A stretch of 64,000 bases of DNA, taken from positions 1 to 64,000 of the forward strand of contig CBFFRP010000242.1 of the NCBI GenBank assembly GCA_965644295.1. Reading direction: 5' to 3'. Positions 36,034-49,069 of the stretch are shown piece by piece (the stretch's first letter is position 1; every line of letters starts with the position of its first letter). Source of the stretch: Paraphysomonas bandaiensis (lineage: Eukaryota; Protista; Chrysophyceae). The notes beneath the pieces were generated by a model. It saw nothing but the letters and a program-made list of their open reading frames with translations. It had not been told where the DNA came from and did not search any database. The translations under genes were made by a program, and so were the position numbers.

Positions 36034-39000
36034 CTAAAAAAACGATTTTTCGAAAAAAGATGTGACCTGCGATGAAAATGTATCCATAGTTGATGATGCA
36101 ACTACTGCTGGTGCGAATTTCAATATAGCTTCGTTAACTATCTGCTGCTCTTCAGGAGGATAATTCAAGATGGTACATATCACACGTCCTAGGTGCTGTA
36201 CCTCCACCGCCTCTTTGGCCTTAACAAACCCCATAAAGGCATTTCGGAGGTACATGATACGCTGTTCCCGCACTTCGTCTCCTCCTGATAAGCTATTGTG
36301 TATACCTTCCCTATTTTTTACGCGAGATATCTGTAGGAAGAAGAAAATACACATATTACATATTCGCAACGGAAAAAAAAAATCTACCTCGCACTTGAGG
36401 GCTTTGATATCATCTGATAAACGCACCGCTAGACGCTTGAACTTCTCCAACTCCTTGGCAGAAGACGGCGTGCTGCGGGATGCGTCCCGGGAAATATCAA
36501 TCTCACGCTGGGCTTGGTTACGAGCAATGTCCAGCAACGTCTGAATCTTTTGCAGAACAAGTAAAATATAATTCCTAAACATGTCACTTATAGTGCTTAT
36601 ACCTCATCATCATCATCACAGTTGTTCTCTGTCTCTGAGTAACCCTCCGGGCCAGTACTGGTATCGCTGGAAGGTTGTAACTCCACCTTCTCTTCCTTCA
36701 TGACACCTGAAGGTGATTCCTCCACGTCCTCTGGGGGATTCAATGGTGTCAATGTCGTGCTCGTGGAATCCTTATGTCGCGGTGTGACAGCTTTCTGAGG
36801 AGTCGCTGAAGACACTTTTCTGCTTCTTCCAACGGGAGACGTATTGTGATGATGTTTCTGATCGTAGTGAAGTTTTTCTCGCAGCTGTCTTATTTCCTCG
36901 TCTTTGGCACTGCACAATTGCCGAGCGAGATCCCCTCTCTTTTTAATCTCTTGCATGAGTTGCTGTTCTCGTACTCGAAGACTCTCCACAGTATCATTTA
37001 AATCCTCAATTTTTTCTAGGAGTGGGCCAGATGACACATCCTCCTGCTAAAATGTAACACCAATAAACTTAGGTATGGCTTCGCAGTAAAACTTACCGCT
37101 GTATCCTTGGTTTGTAGAGATTTCAGTAGCTCCTTCTCTGCAGCTCTTATTGATGAGAGCTCAATAACACATTCATCTATGCGTTGGCGAAGACTTTGAG
37201 TGAGCATTTTCTCTTTCTTAATCTCATCCTGAAGCACTTTAATAGCTTCCATTCGGTGCATCTCATGCTTCCTTACTGTGTCTTCAGCCTCCCGGATATG
37301 GGCTTCCTGGAGCTATGGTGTGTATGTATTATCACAAGTCGATTGAAACGTACGAAGATGCCAGACTACCTTGATTTTCTCGGTCAGTTGGAGTATCTTT
37401 TCATCAGATGCTTTTTGATCTGATGCCGTCTTCTTGAGTGAAACTCGAGCTCGGTCACGATACAGTTCAAACGTCTTCTGACTATTGGTCAACTCATTCT
37501 CAAGTTCAACGATTCTATTTCCTAGATGGGTCCTCTCTCTACGATGACATTACACAAAAATACGATGCAATCCGCAGCATACCTATCGAATTGACTTTCC
37601 AAAAGCTCTTGTACCGTCGGGGGCATATCCACATCTTCGACATCTGTGACAGAAACATGAGTGTATAAGCTACATACAACAGTCGTCCCAACCAATAGAG
37701 AAGCCACTCTCGCTATCGACATTACGGCTTTCCACCCACTGCAGTACATCGTGCTCAGGTTTCCACTCCAAACGATTTCCACCAGCCTCAGCCGTAGAAG
37801 AGCAGTAACTACATCATGTGATCAGTGACGTTAGATAATAAATATAGTAGCTACGCACCTAACCAAACACCATATTTGGTCGCCGTCATCAACTCGCATT
37901 AGCACTTCAAATGAGCTAGGCACGGCCATTCTCATTGCAGATTCACTCTCATGTTGTGCTAGCTGCACGTTAACGGCATCTAATGTGGCTGCTTTGTCCA
38001 ACAACTCGTCCTTTATGTTCGCAATGGATTTCTTGCAATCCGCCAGCTGACCATCAAGCAAGGCTACATGGTCCTCGTAGCTAGCAATCTGAGTATCACG
38101 GCCTTCAAGGGACTGCTTCAGATCGTCGATCGTTGCAGACAGAGTGGTGTTCAACTCCTTCAGTTGATTCATCTCAGTAGATGCATTGGCACTAACGGAC
38201 AGAGCAGCACTGAGATCTTTCTTCATCATCGTCAGAGCACCATTCAGGCGTTCACATTCCGCACTCTTCGCATCCACAACTACTTCTAGTCGGCACACTT
38301 TCGACTCAGATTCGGTGCACTTTTCTCGTGCGAGATTAGCGTCCTCTATTAATTTGAGTTTCTCAGTGTTGAGCTCATGTAAGATCTCATCATGCTTGGC
38401 AAGTTTCGCAGTAAGTTCATCAACAAGAGATTTGTTACTTGCGCATTCATTTCTGGAGGCATCTAGTTCTTCCGAAAGTGTACGAACGCGCAAAATCAAC
38501 TCTTCTGATTTGGCGGAATCGGCATTGGTATCTTCTGCCATAGCGCTTTTGATTGCGGTCTCGTTTTTCAGCTCATGAATCTTGTCGTTAAGGACGCTTA
38601 TCTCCGAGCGAAGTGACTCTATTGTGGCTTCTTTCTCACGAACAGCTTCATTAGTCTCCTTGACTCTGCGAATCGCCTTACTTCGGTCAGCTTTAGCTTT
38701 TTCGATTGAGGCCTCAACGTCTGCTTTCATTTTGATTTTTTCCTCTTCAAACGAGGTTAACTGTGCTGTTAACCGGCAATCACTCTCATCTCTGGCAGCC
38801 TCGGCGGCTGCAAGTTGCAATTGAAGAGCCGCACATTGTGCTTCCATCTCCTCTACACGTTTACCAAGGGCCTCATTTTCCGAAACTTTAGAATCAATAA
38901 CACCTTTCAGCTCACGCAATTTAGCAATCAATTTTCCCTTCTGTACAGCTAGAGTATTCTCCAAATTCGATTTAGATGATTCCGTCTCACTCAGCTGGAC

Positions 39001-42000
39001 CTTTAATGATTCACATTCTGAGGATCTTGCATCCATCTCAGCCTTCAACTCCTTCACTCGTGATATAACCTTCTCAGTCTTGGCATGAGCCTCATCTCGC
39101 TCCTTCTTGGACGCAGCAGCCTCACCATCCAGCTTCTCTATATCACGACGAAGCTCCGCTATTAGTGAATCCTTCTCAGATATTGCTGCGCCTCCATTAG
39201 CAGCATTAGCCTCAAGTTCAGATACTCGGCTTCGTAACACATCAGCTTCTGCTGTCAACTCAGCTAGAGTATTCTCCAAATTCGATTTAGATGATTCCGT
39301 CTCACTCAGCTGGACCTTTAATGATTCACATTCTGAGGATCTTGCATCCATCTCAGCCTTCAACTCCTTCACTCGTGATATAACCTTCTCAGTCTTGGCA
39401 TGAGCCTCATCTCGCTCCTTCTTGGACGCAGCAGCCTCACCATCCAGCTTCTCTATATCACGACGAAGCTCCGCTATTAGTGAATCCTTCTCAGATATTG
39501 CTGCGCCTCCATTAGCAGCATTAGCCTCAAGTTCAGATACTCGGCTTCGTAACACATCAGCTTCTGCTGTCAACTCAGCTAGAGTATTCTCCAAATTCGA
39601 TTTAGATGATTCCGTCTCACTCAGCTGGACCTTTAATGATTCACATTCTGAGGATCTTGCATCCATCTCAGCCTTCAACTCCTTCACTCGTGATATAACC
39701 TTCTCAGTCTTGGCATGAGCCTCATCTCGCTCCTTCTTGGACGCAGCAGCCTCACCATCCAGCTTCTCTATATCACGACGAAGCTCCGCTATTAGTGAAT
39801 CCTTCTCAGATATTGCTGCGCCTCCATTAGCAGCATTAGCCTCAAGTTCAGATACTCGGCTTCGTAACACATCAGCTTCTGCTGTCAACTCAGCTAGAGT
39901 ATTCTCCAAATTCGATTTAGATGATTCCGTCTCACTCAGCTGGACCTTTAATGATTCACATTCTGAGGATCTTGCATCCATCTCAGCCTTCAACTCCTTC
40001 ACTCGTGATATAACCTTCTCAGTCTTGGCATGAGCCTCATCTCGCTCCTTCTTGGACGCAGCAGCCTCACCATCCAGCTTCTCTATATCACGACGAAGCT
40101 CCGCTATTAGTGAATCCTTCTCAGATATTGCTGCGCCTCCATTAGCAGCATTAGCCTCAAGTTCAGATACTCGGCTTCGTAACACATCAGCTTCTGCTGT
40201 CAACTCAGCTAGAGTATTCTCCAAATTCGATTTAGATGATTCCGTCTCACTCAGCTGGACCTTTAATGATTCACATTCTGAGGATCTTGCATCCATCTCA
40301 GCCTTCAACTCCTTCACTCGTGATATAACCTTCTCAGTCTTGGCATGAGCCTCATCTCGCTCCTTCTTGGACGCAGCAGCCTCACCATCCAGCTTCTCTA
40401 TATCACGACGAAGCTCCGCTATTAGTGAATCCTTCTCAGATATTGCTGCGCCTCCATTAGCAGCATTAGCCTCAAGTTCAGATACTCGGCTTCGTAACAC
40501 ATCAGCTTCTGCTGTCAACTCAGCTAGAGTATTCTCCAAATTCGATTTAGATGATTCCGTCTCACTCAGCTGGACCTTTAATGATTCACATTCTGAGGAT
40601 CTTGCATCCATCTCAGCCTTCAACTCCTTCACTCGTGATATAACCTTCTCAGTCTTGGCATGAGCCTCATCTCGCTCCTTCTTGGACGCAGCAGCCTCAC
40701 CATCCAGCTTCTCTATATCACGACGAAGCTCCGCTATTAGTGAATCCTTCTCAGATATTGCTGCGCCTCCATTAGCAGCATTAGCCTCAAGTTCAGATAC
40801 TCGGCTTCGTAACACATCAGCTTCTGCTGTCAACTCAGCTAGAGTATTCTCCAAATTCGATTTAGATGATTCCGTCTCACTCAGCTGGACCTTTAATGAT
40901 TCACATTCTGAGGATCTTGCATCCATCTCAGCCTTCAACTCCTTCACTCGTGATATAACCTTCTCAGTCTTGGCATGAGCCTCATCTCGCTCCTTCTTGG
41001 ACGCAGCAGCCTCACCATCCAGCTTCTCTATATCACGACGAAGCTCCGCTATTAGTGAATCCTTCTCAGATATTGCTGCGCCTCCATTAGCAGCATTAGC
41101 CTCAAGTTCAGATACTCGGCTTCGTAACACATCAGCTTCTGCTGTCAACTCAGCTAGAGTATTCTCCAAATTCGATTTAGATGATTCCGTCTCACTCAGC
41201 TGGACCTTTAATGATTCACATTCTGAGGATCTTGCATCCATCTCAGCCTTCAACTCCTTCACTCGTGATATAACCTTCTCAGTCTTGGCATGAGCCTCAT
41301 CTCGCTCCTTCTTGGACGCAGCAGCCTCACCATCCAGCTTCTCTATATCACGACGAAGCTCCGCTATTAGTGAATCCTTCTCAGATATTGCTGCGCCTCC
41401 ATTAGCAGCATTAGCCTCAAGTTCAGATACTCGGCTTCGTAACACATCAGCTTCTGCTGTCAACTCAGCTAGAGTATTCTCCAAATTCGATTTAGATGAT
41501 TCCGTCTCACTCAGCTGGACCTTTAATGATTCACATTCTGAGGATCTTGCATCCATCTCAGCCTTCAACTCCTTCACTCGTGATATAACCTTCTCAGTCT
41601 TGGCATGAGCCTCATCTCGCTCCTTCTTGGACGCAGCAGCCTCACCATCCAGCTTCTCTATATCACGACGAAGCTCCGCTATTAGTGAATCCTTCTCAGA
41701 TATTGCTGCGCCTCCATTAGCAGCATTAGCCTCAAGTTCAGATACTCGGCTTCGTAACACATCAGCTTCTGCTGTCAACTCAGCTAGAGTATTCTCCAAA
41801 TTCGATTTAGATGATTCCGTCTCACTCAGCTGGACCTTTAATGATTCACATTCTGAGGATCTTGCATCCATCTCAGCCTTCAACTCCTTCACTCGTGATA
41901 TAACCTTCTCAGTCTTGGCATGAGCCTCATCTCGCTCCTTCTTGGACGCAGCAGCCTCACCATCCAGCTTCTCTATATCACGACGAAGCTCCGCTATTAG

Positions 42001-44026
42001 TGAATCCTTCTCAGATATTGCTGCGTCTCCATTAGCAGCATTAGCCTCAAGTTCAGATACTCGGCTTCGTAACACATCAGCTTCTGCTGTCAACTCAGCT
42101 AGAGTATTCTCCAAATTCGATTTAGATGATTCCGTCTCACTCAGCTGGACCTTCAATGATTCACATTCTGAGGATTTTGCATCTATTTTGTTGTGAAGTT
42201 CGTGCAATTTGGATTCTAGATGGTGAGTATTGCTGTTATTTTGCATCTCGATTAACTGTTCCGATAAGTGATCTATTTGCCTCTGTTTTTCTTGAATCTC
42301 CACGCACCGTTCATCAAGTTCCATATGTAGTCTGTCAAGACGTGATACCAAAGTTTGTTCCGGATTGGTTGCAGAAATAGGGGTTGCTCCGAGTTCATCC
42401 TGAATCTCACGCAGGCGTTTTTGGAGATTGTTGTATATTATCGTTATTTCATCTTCACAATCCGGCTCTTGCACACCATCATTACCACCCATCACTGGAG
42501 ATTGGCCGTCATCGGCAGCGACATCTCGCAACACACCTGCTACATGATGTGTCCTTGTCGCTAGTTCATCTCTCACACGCTCTTTTTCAGTCTCAAGTCG
42601 CCGAATATCAGCTGCGATTTCATCACACTCACTTCGGCTGTAAGACTCATCAGACGCCTTGGAGGAAAGTTCTGCCTTCTTCTGCTTAATTTCATTGCGC
42701 AAAGAAGCTAATCGCACCCGCACATCATCGCACTCATCCAGAGCGGCAGTTGCACTGATATGAGATTCAGCGCGGCTGCGAATTGGAGTGGACGGGGTGG
42801 CTGCCCTGCTGCCAGACTGCAATAATTCCAACTGCTTCTGTAAACGCTCGTTCGCTGCCATTAATGTTGATATCCTATCACATTCATCTAATTCTCGTGA
42901 GTTGTCAACAGGTGTCGGACTAGATCGAGAGCGCAAGTATTCAATCTCATTAGCTGCACTCATTGCCTCCTGTGTGACCACCTCCAAGTCATTTTGTAGC
43001 GCAGTTTTCGCCAGTTCTAACTCTTCAATTCGTGCTGACTTGCTCGCTACCTCTGTTTCTAGAGATGTAATGCGAGTTTGTAGTTCTCTCATCTGTGCAA
43101 CTGTTGGGAGTTTAGCCACTTTGGCTTTCACTCCATCCATGAGCGTGTTCAGCCTTTTTACAGCAACGGCTCTGTCATTCACTGCAGCAGACAGCTCGAC
43201 TTTCAGCCTGTCGATCACCATCTCCTTCTTTTCAATCTCCTGCTTCAAAGATCCAACCGAATTGCTGTCTGCCTCGGCTATTTTCGCCTTCATTTCACCC
43301 ACAAGAGCTCGCAGCCTTGATTTAGTTGCATCTCGTTCTTTACACGCTGTGGCGACTTCTCCTTTGAGTTTAGTTATCTCCGCCTCGGAGGTCTGCAGGG
43401 GTTGGAGGTGCTTAAGTCTTTCCGCGGTCAATGCCTCCCGCAGTCTATCAGATTCCTTGGATAGTCTGGATATTTCCGTCTGTGCAATGGTTACTTGTGA
43501 ACGGACCTGCAGCAGTTCCGTCTTGCATATCGCTAGCTCGTCATTACCTTCTCCAGTAGCTTCACCATCTCCTCCTGAAAATATTATCAAATCTATGAGA
43601 AATAAGAAAATGTAAACAACCTTTCGTGATCATCAACATCAGTTCCTTTTGAAGGCGTTCGTTTTCTTCTTTGGATAATTGGAGCTCATATTCCTTCTGC
43701 ATTAAGTTGTCCTCAAGTAATCTGTTTGCATCTTGTAGATTCTTGTACATATCAGAAAGCTCAATATTGTCGTCTCCTTTACTCTGTTGATCTACAAGTT
43801 GTTGTTGCAAATCTTTTATTGTATTCACAAGATTATTCATATTCTTTTCAATTTCATTTTTTTCTGATATTGTTTGAAGACAAACATCTTCAGCTGTTTT
43901 ATGTTTTTCTTGAAGATCACGACATTTTATTAATACTTTCTTTAAGAAAATAATTAATTCATTACGATCCATATCATTAATACTTTTCTTTTTTGTTGTA
44001 ACATCATCATTTGGTGTATCTGCCAT
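36034..44026 (-). CDS. Giant coiled-coil GRIP-domain golgin (multi-exon)
   Basis: Start MADTPNDD at 44026, >1900 aa of heptad-rich sequence, and the C-terminal GRIP-like motif YLRNAFMGFVKAKE...LGRVICTILNYPPEEQ. Confidence 0.85.
38947..42177 (-). repeat. Coding tandem repeat, 315 bp (105 aa) x ~10.25
   Basis: Units recur every 315 nt. The only differences I could see are at 42026 (Gly>Asp) and 42154 (silent). Confidence 0.97.
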
Positions 44027-44659
44027 CACTGACTTAATGAATAGAACTTTAATCAATTAAAGATGAAATATGAAGAGTTTAATACATGAAATTGTTTAGA
44101 TATAGAGATGTGTTCATATTACATCCTCTAGATATATCTATTCCTCTAGTTTATATATAGATATATGTATGATATGATGATGTCTTGTATGGTATATTAG
44201 CATCTAGATTACTGGGCTTTAGTATACTGGAGTTGTGTACCTTGTATAGGAGAAAAGTGGGCTGTATTATTGATTACACGACCATTATCTGCCAATCATA
44301 ATTCGATAATATGAAATAGTAGTATATCATTGGATATAATATGATTATTTGAAAAACTTTGATAAGACTATTTTTCTAATTTTTTTGCAAAATATGAGGA
44401 AAAAAAGGCTCAAAATTCAATCCTTTTATGACACACTTACAATGTACTTGTGTAATACACGAGTTTCTGTCGATCAGTACGAATGGAATGATATTATACC
44501 CATCTTAATGTATGTCGAATATGTGTATAAGTACACTCTCCTACAGTACATTCAAATAACAAGATAATTAACAGTTAGATCCTATACATACACTATCCCT
44601 CTTAACCATATGATATATTACAACTAATCAAGCAATAGATCGCTATATAATTAACAAAG

Positions 44660-47600
44660 ATGAGTCTTCTAAGTACCTGGGGTAACAAAGATACATCAAA
44701 GGTTACAGATGATGAAATATCAGCTGCTAAATTAGGACTGATGTCAGCTACTGAACAAGCTAGTGTATTATTTGATGCATTACGAAGTATATCATTAAAC
44801 TGATCATATATTCACTTATATATACTACTATTATACAGATAATGATATTCCAACTATTCGTAATGTTCTTCAAGTTAATCGTTCATTACTTAATCAAAAA
44901 ATGTTTGGCTTTGAGGGTCATGATATATACGGCATTATTCCTAATGTATTACTAATATATACATCATATATTTTATCTTTAACTGGATATATGTTTAGTC
45001 TAAGAATAAGCGCTGTTACTCCTATACTGGAATCGAAAAGGTTTGTAACTAATTAAATTAAGGATATTGTAATTCTTTGTAGGATGGCTATTTCTACCCT
45101 CTCCATGTGGCGTCTGAGATGGGACATAAGTCCCTTATTATACTACTCGTCCAGGTGACTACCGTTATTCCATTATCAGTTGGATATTGTTAGTAATATG
45201 ATTTTAGGCGGGTGCCGACCAATCGGTGACAGACTACAGGTTTATTGTATTGCTGTGAACCAGACATGTGCTTTTACTTACATCAACCTTCGCCATAGAG
45301 GAGAAACAGCGGAGCAGAAAGCTAATGGGGAAGGTCTTCATGCTTTTTATGAACTCAGGGGTCTGAGGTAGCCCACGTGCTGAAACATGAAGTGTCTATA
45401 ACAATGACGATCGCAGGTTTCAGGCTGAGGAAAAGTATGAAGGGCAGCTGGACCGCTCCGGTATAAACATCATATACTCCGAATTACATGGCCAGTACAC
45501 TAATAGCTGTTCGCAGGGCAACGCAGTCGGAACGGTTCACTTTACTACAAGCCCGAAGGATATCACGAAACGGCGAAGCTCTTGTACAGAGGTGGTTGGA
45601 AAGACAATCAGTACCACGGTGGGTGATGCTAAATTTTGTCATTTGCATATATTGTTTTAGTTAATCATGAGATAAGCAATGTACTTACCGAATGTGCCGC
45701 TTCAGGACATGGGACACTGTACTGGGTTGGGTCATCTAATCTGAAGTATTTCGGGCGGTTTAAGAACGGACAGTTTCATGGGTCGTAAGTGGCACTGGAT
45801 TCGCTATTGTCTGTATTTAATCAGTCTTCAGTGGATCTTTGTTCGATCAAGATGGCGAAAAGGTGCTACTTCATACTCGTCTTATTTTTACACTTACAAT
45901 GTAACAGATATACACTGGTTTTTTCCGTGAGGGACTAAAGGATGGCCGCGGCGAAGAATATTCAAAAGGAAAGTTAATTTACAAAGGTGAATTTTCAGCT
46001 GGCGCAAGGCACGGGTTCGGGGTTGCCTTCCTTTCAGAGGGTCACAGATTTATGGGTATGTATACGCTCTGCGTATATAATGGATGTGTTATGTGTTGTA
46101 TAGGACGGTTCGATAAGGGTGTCATGGCTGGAGTCGGTGTTTACTTTCATCCTAACGGAAATCGATTTGAAGGAACTTTTTTCAATAACAAACCCGATGG
46201 ACATGGGACGTTTTATGAGGTAACATATGCTTGCAATGTTCGAAAGAGTTAATGCATTATGCTAGATTGACCCTGAGACTGGAGATGAGGTGAGTGCCAC
46301 GAGCGCGCAGTGGACGATGGGTAGAAAGGTGGGAATTTTATTTCAATGTGGCGGTAATGTTGACAACCTTCAGACCAAGGAAGTTGAGCAAAAGTTTGAG
46401 GCTAAGATAACTGATATTCCTGTTGCTGGAAAGGGCCGTGCTACTCCTTCGGGACCGGGAAAAGTGAGATTGTGCCGTACTTTTGTTGTGGTGTGTTGAT
46501 AACTTTCTCTTGAGCAGGTGGCCGATGTGCGGGATAGATCCGCATCTGCTGATAATGGTACCGAAACTGTATTGAATGCACTCGTTTGACTTTTTGCAGC
46601 TGAAGAAGGAGAGGTTTTGTCTGGAGACTGGAAGCAAATGCTAGGGAAGTATTTAAGGTACCAGTAGATAATATGACTAGTTGTAAGCTAACGACATGAG
46701 GAGATTGAATGCGAAGGACGCAAAGAACTTTGATATTGCTGAGGTAGACATAGGATTTTTATTTTGTTGTTCCTAATGTAATTTTAGGAACTCCACATCG
46801 TTGAATCCGAGGTACGATTCCCTATCATCGAGTCATTTGGTGATCTATACACAGGACGCAGACGGTGAGGATGAAGTGGAGGACGAGTACAATGACGTTG
46901 ATGACGTTAACGGGTTCGTTCAAGGTGAATTATCTTTACTGTGCCTTATGATGCTGAAGGTTCCATTTCGTTGAGAATCCAGCTCTATTTGTGGCTTATT
47001 CATATGTGTGTGCCGGTACGTAAGTATACGACGTGTCTACGCTATGTTATTCCATAATTGCAGCTGCCAAAACATTTGAGGAAAGAAAACTTACCAGGTT
47101 GACGGAATTGCGTTCAGTGACTTACCATTTAATTCGTATGATACAGAGATTTTAGAAACCTTCCTGATTTTGAGCAGGTACGCATGACAAATAATGTAAG
47201 AAAAGTTTACCTAATAATGTTTATATAGATATATCATCTTGTCATTGATGCCGTTGATACTTATAACGAGCGTTGGGAGAAAGAGTGCAAAGATCAGGAG
47301 GCAGCGAGATTAGATCGGGAGAGACAAGCTGCATTGGAACAAGATACTTCGAAAGATGGTAAGAAAGAGTCGTATAAGAGTTCGAAAGAAAAGGTAGTAA
47401 TGTCAAAGTGTATTTGGGAATGCATGGCTTACGCTGGCCTCATTATAGAAAGATGGAGGCAAATCAAGTACCGGAGCCCCCACACCGCCACCTCAATCTC
47501 CTGCAACTGGAAGGGATCAGCTATTGGCTGCTCTCAGAAGCGGCGGAAAAAAGAATGAGAAAAAGAGCACTACATCGATTGGGGAGGAGACGCAGTCGAA

Positions 47601-48150
47601 ACGTCTTGTGTTTATGTCAGAGGTACTCTCTTTTGGGATGCATTTACTGTGTTGATGATTGTGGTGCGTAGGCGGAGAAGAAGGAGGAGATGCTTTTGAA
47701 GCAGCGTGCTGAGTTAAGAGCAAAGCAGGTATTTTGTGTAATTGCTTTCACTGCTTATAAATGAAATATATCTAGTCGGCAGTGTTGCTGGATCCTGAGG
47801 TTGAGGCGAAACTAGGAAATGATATTCTGGAAGCATTGGAAGAAGACATCGCCCGCGAGCTTGAGCTTGAGTTGGAAGTGGATGTAGAGGACACAGAGAC
47901 GATGACTGGCGACGAAGGAGCCAATATCGACCCCATGAGTGCCCCCCGTTTAAGCAAAGAGTCGTCGCTCTGGAGCCGTGTCGCGTCGACAGTTGGTGAT
48001 GATATAGATGAGCAAAGACGTGACGACGAAGCAATATTCGGAAATCGACGTCGTAGAAGAACAACGACGAAAGGAAACATAGTGGTTGTTAATGAATTTG
48101 CCTCGGAATTGTTGTATATCATGCGAACTGCAACTGAAATGTTGGGCTAA
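44660..48150 (+). CDS. Ankyrin + MORN-repeat protein with an acidic/coiled-coil C-terminus (many short exons)
   Basis: Start MSLLSTWGNKD. Ankyrin YPLHVASEMGHKSLIILLVQ/AGAD. MORN repeats YRGGWKDNQYHG, YFGRFKNGQFHG, YKGEFSAGARHGFG, FEGTFFNNKPDGHG. The exon structure is approximate. Confidence 0.8.
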
Positions 48151-48570
48151 AACTGCCGTGAATCTAAAAACAGTCATGTGTATAATGTATTCATATTCAG
48201 TGTTTTAATTGTAGTCTTCTTTGGATTACGTGTTAGCGTTTAGTCATTGTCAATTTAAACTTTAAACTATCTATGTACTGTAGTAATTTGTATTTAGTTC
48301 TGCATGGTCTGATTTAGAATTCATATCTTGTGTTGAAAGTGTTTAGTCTTGGTCGTTTGATTGCGATAAGATGGGTTGTCGTTATTATTATTACCTCAAT
48401 ATATAATAAACTCTGCTGATCATGTCGATTTGAATTAATATATACTATGGAAACTTTTCCACTATGTATATTCCACCCCATAGGAAGTCCAATTTTCTGC
48501 TTGAAGTATTTACTTAATTATTAAGTCAATTGATATTTTCATTGAATTTGTTGAGTTCTGCTATATGAGA

Positions 48571-49069
48571 CCCTCAACAAAGTCGGACTCGCACCTTTTC
48601 GGGGGATAAGTACCGGAGAGGTTCTCTCTGGGAAACTAACGTGAGCCGCAAACATAGTCAGCAGATATTCTTCTGCCCACTCATAGCCAAGTGCTTGTGT
48701 GGTACAAGGGACACCAATAAGTGTCACTTGTGTAGACGTCTTTGGCCCTGACGAATAAACAGGCATCCGGGAATGGGCCCACCTCAAGGGCACCGGGACA
48801 GGGTCCACCTGAAGGGTAACCGGGGTATTGGGCTGTCTGCTGAAGTCAAGCATCCGGTATGTTCACCTTAAGGACTCAGAGCGGAAGTGATCGCACCTTG
48901 GTGCTTGCGGCGACACACAACCAGCTTTCGTAGCGTTAAATAGTAGGATAAAAAAGTGTGTACTGATTAGTTACAGGTAGCGGTCTAACTAGTTTGTCTA
49001 GCATTCATCTAGCTACTAAGTTGGTGCGCGTTTTTAACGCCTATTGCTAATAATAAGACTTTTAATATA
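48571..49069 (+). ncRNA. Putative structured mobile RNA element, copy C (longest, ~500 nt)
   Basis: GC-rich island in AT-rich intergenic DNA, with multiple hairpins conserved in copies A and B. Confidence 0.55.

Noticed and set aside
39107-42196. Ten repeated 98-aa + strand ORFs, or a CRISPR-like array
   Set aside because: They are antisense shadows of the golgin repeat. There are no unique spacers and no cas genes.
48744-48775. Hammerhead ribozyme core CTGACGA in the structured element
   Set aside because: There is no correctly placed stem II-GAAA, and the motif is not conserved in copies A (TTGACGA) or B (TTGACAA).
48480-49069. Group I/II intron, RNase P, or IscB/HEARO identity for the structured element
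   Set aside because: No P7 (R/S) core, no domain V hairpin, and no properly arranged RNase P P4 strands. The minus strand has faint IscB-omegaRNA-like words (CACGTT..., ACTTTGTTGAGGG), but G.U asymmetry favours the + strand and no IscB ORF follows.
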